A stretch of 64,000 nt of DNA from the NCBI GenBank assembly GCA_964199315.1, contig OZ116702.1, positions 17,112,001-17,176,000 of the forward strand. The letters are read 5' to 3'. A model generated the notes under the pieces. That model made no database searches. It had not been told where the DNA came from and saw nothing but the letters and a program-made list of their open reading frames with translations. Each line of letters begins with the position of its first letter. Position 1 is the stretch's first letter. The translations under genes were made by a program, and so were the position numbers. The DNA comes from Orbicella franksi (taxonomy: Eukaryota). Shown here piece after piece: positions 61,101 to 64,000 of this stretch.

Positions 61101-62040
61101 TAACAATAATAATAATAAGAAGAATAAGAATAATAATTTACATGAATATTGTATATTGAATATTGTGAATATTGTGCAGGTTACATGTATATATGATCAC
61201 CAGCCCATTAAAATGATTAAAAACTAAGAAGTATAATAATGTAAAATGAGCCGAAAAAAACTAGAAAAACTAGATAAAGATTAAAAACTAGGAACTACTG
61301 GAATTGACATGGTGCATAATTGTCATGGTGACCAATAGCTGTTGCAATTGCAAAACAAAATTACAGTAGCAATGAAAACTAACCTGAGCACTGCCTTCGT
61401 GATTCATGAAACAATTTTCTTCGTGTGCAAGGTACCACTTGAGATATTGCCTCCTAAAGATGGTACCTTCCTTAAGTTCCCTCTCTTTCTGGTTGCATGA
61501 AGTACACGAGTTTGTTAGATAAACAAAATCCAAGACTTTTCCGGTATTAACAGATACAGCTGCTATGACCCCATCTTGAGCACTCCAACCCCTACTGCTC
61601 CATGAGCCATCTATGTAAACTCCGGCTTCAACCAATAGTTTTTGAAGTTCCTGATCACTTGGCTCAGTACCTTCCACTGCAAGACTTCCATTTGCTATTT
61701 TAAATCATTTCACTTTGAGGGTGGCGTTTGAAAGTTCTGTATCCAAAAGCTCATTGGCGACTTTTAGCAACGCCTTTGTGTGGGAAGACCACTGGGCTCT
61801 CCCTACTGGACTATATAGATTCAAAACACTCATGAGCCTTTCTGCAGCTGAATGTCCGCATCCTATAAGCCTCAGTCCAAGAACTAATTCCCTATTGATT
61901 CCATAAATGCGGTTTTCTTTAGGAGTTGTGTGAAATGAGCGCGAAATATGGTGCAAAGAGCATTCTGAATTCCTGCACTTACAAGTCCATTCTGCACCAA
62001 GTCCACATTGACTTTTTTCTTCTACACAAATCCAAATGCA
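58124..62040 (-). pseudogene. Spliced Mutator-like / Kolobok-type DDE transposase, partial
   Basis: INRELVLGLRLIGCGH, IDGSWSSRGWSAQDGV..TGKVLD..CTSC..HEENCFMNHEGS (61390-62040). Exon 58124-58341 reads KHGMHYIPFVGGGDSK..PYGP..KEDCIGDVTKRMGT, with AG and GT borders. Confidence 0.75.
58770..61077 (+). mobile_element. 5'-truncated R4/Dong-clade non-LTR retrotransposon (RT + CCHC + restriction-like endonuclease) in (TAA)n
   Basis: NYRPITCL, WVDYKKAFDSVPH, GIFQGDSLSP, YMDDLK; CRIC..HLVSGC..RHN; RPDI..LIDMSIP..KYKDL. One frameshift near 59720. (TAA)n arrays at 58745-58768 and 61078-61137. Confidence 0.85.
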
Positions 62041-63240
62041 AGAATAAGTGCCCCGGTTGTGGAACACCAAAAGACCTTCACAATTTTGCAGCAATGGAAA
62101 AGCACTGTGAAGGACCCAAAGAACCAGATCCTGATAGCGACAGCATCATGGATGACACATCACTCGTCGAAGAGGAGAAATCATTCGCTCCTCTTTCTAG
62201 CGATAAGCAATACACCTTGCTCCAACCCATACGAGCTTTGTTGAGCCAAGTTGAAGCCTTGCAGTTTGAGCAACAAACACTACGGGACACTGTAACCAAA
62301 CTAAAAACAACCGAGTATGAAATTGGGGCCTGTGCATTAACACACGAACCCTCCGCTTGTGCCGACAGCAATGACATCAACTCCCTTCAGGAAGAACAGC
62401 AACCTCCATCAGGCCCCAACAGTGGCTCTGGCCATCAAATTTCAGGTACCATACTGAAAGCTGTAAAAGCTAGCGCCTATGTTAATTTTATCGATCTCCT
62501 TCCAGGTCCCAAAGTTAAGCATGACACATGTGGCAATGTTATCTCTGGAACCGGCGATCAGGAAAGCGAGCGCAACCCAGAACTTAACTATCGAATCATT
62601 CGACTTGTGGCTCAAAGCATGGAGCATTTACAAGGCACTTGTTGTGGATGTCAAACCACGTTGTTACACGGAACTTGCCCACCATTGGGACGTGACTCAG
62701 AAAGCGAACAGGAAATTAATGTGTAGCGCTGTGTACAATTACAATGTCCAATTTTACCTCACCTTAACTCTCAAAACATCTGCACGCTTCAACACCGTTG
62801 ACATGACATTGCACATGAAAATCCTCGATTCGTCCGCCATCAGGAAGGAAGGCATCTCTTACCAGCATTGTAAATCACCGAACCATTTGGTACGTGATTC
62901 TCTTTTTCGTGCCAAACCCGTGTTGGAAGAAAATCAAAGCGCGAAGAAGACTAGGCCCTTGCCAACACCCAGACTCAAGGCAGCAAACTTAATGAGAAAT
63001 GGTTCACCAGCACCGGCAAAGAAGGCTGCAACTTGTTCCAGCGCAATTCTTGCCATGAAGGGACCGACTGCAAGCGTGCCCATGTTCGCAAGGCTTGCCG
63101 GGGGAGCACTCTCCAGCCGATTGTAAATGTTACTGGACATTAAATCACCCTTTAATATTGACACCTGGACAGACTACATATCACCTTACCCTGATCACTT
63201 GCTTGCAAATGACTAATTACACAATATTCGAGTGTCCTGA
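62040..63240 (+). pseudogene. DIRS/Ngaro-type gag-like ORF and start of the RT ORF, truncated
   Basis: YVNFIDLLP, IESFDLWLKAWSIY..ELAHH..AVYNYNVQF..FNTVD, Cys-rich C-terminus, then IKSPFNIDTWTDYISPYPD. Confidence 0.55.
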
Positions 63241-63379
63241 GTTATTGAAGAAGTCGGAAGAGTTTTGGCCTTCTGATGCTACAATTCGCTGACCAGAACT
63301 ATCAGATGACGATCCAGAGAACAAATGTGAAACTCAGCTCTACAAACAGTTGTCAACTCATCATCGAGGCAAAGAACTT

Positions 63380-64000
63380 TTTTCTTAGTTGATAGAGCTA
63401 CTTATCTTGGGACAGATTAAGAAGAGCTGTGGCCTAGCTATTGAGATTCAAAACATGGTTCATTGAAAGATACCGTGGTGGTTCCACTAACTTCAGACCT
63501 CAGTGCTGTTTAGAAAAGGAACCTGTCCTGTCCCTGGAAGAAGTTCAGTTTGCAAAAAGGAAAGTTATCAACCTTGCTCAAAGGAAGTCATTTCCAGACA
63601 TCATTAGAGCCATGCAAAGAATCAGTTCATCAAAGCCTTTGGGCCAAGTAACTTCAAAGTTAAAGAACCTAAAGGTGCCAGCTTACATGCGCAAACTTCA
63701 TCCATTATTGGCTGACATCGGAATCCTAAGAGTTAGAGGCCGATTGTAAAATGCCTCAATCGTGTATGAGGCTTAACATTCAATTATTCTTCCCTATCAT
63801 CACCACGCTACAGATTTGGTTATTTCTCAGCATTAACAGAAAACTGGCCATCTTGGGCAAGATTATGTACTGTCCAGTTTGCATCAGTTTTATTGGATAA
63901 TCAAGAGATGTTCAGCTGTGTGAAGAGTGATCAGTAGCTGTTTCCAGAGTAAGAAACAAGGTGCAGTGCATGGAGAACAGTTGATGGCCAACCTACCAAA
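63380..64000 (+). pseudogene. BEL/Pao LTR retrotransposon pol fragment (RH-IN linker and IN zinc finger)
   Basis: SWDRLRRAVA*LLRF, LEEVQFAK, ILRVRGRL, IILPYHHH, GHLGQ..YWII..C..QLMANLP. Runs off the window. Confidence 0.8.

Overview
This is AT-rich eukaryotic genomic DNA. The repeat content suggests a marine invertebrate, probably a stony coral (inference). The window is almost entirely nested transposable elements, and no intact housekeeping gene is recognisable. The main result is two different DNA transposons built on the same plan: TIR, HECT E3-ligase-like gene (+), IS3/IS481-type DDE integrase gene (-), TIR. Element A spans 1845-30876 and has a perfect 6-bp TSD (CAATTG). Element B spans 2051-15376 and is inserted at the inner edge of A's left TIR. 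B's TIRs extend through the start codon of both convergent genes. Nested inside them are a full-length L1/Tx1 LINE, a pogo derivative, a Merlin fragment, MITEs and a CR1-group LINE. That LINE is split by a DIRS/PAT-like tyrosine-recombinase retroelement whose recombinase gene lies between the A2 and B2 repeats. The right half holds a 5'-truncated Gypsy and a decayed cluster with RING and Ulp1-like protease genes. It also holds an L2 LINE, a young full-length Gypsy, a 2-kb TIR element, a Tc1, a spliced Mutator-like/Kolobok-type transposase with an R4/Dong LINE in its intron, a DIRS-type gag and a BEL/Pao fragment. A minimal hammerhead-ribozyme motif lies at 80-120. All family calls come from motif recognition by eye; no database searches were run.
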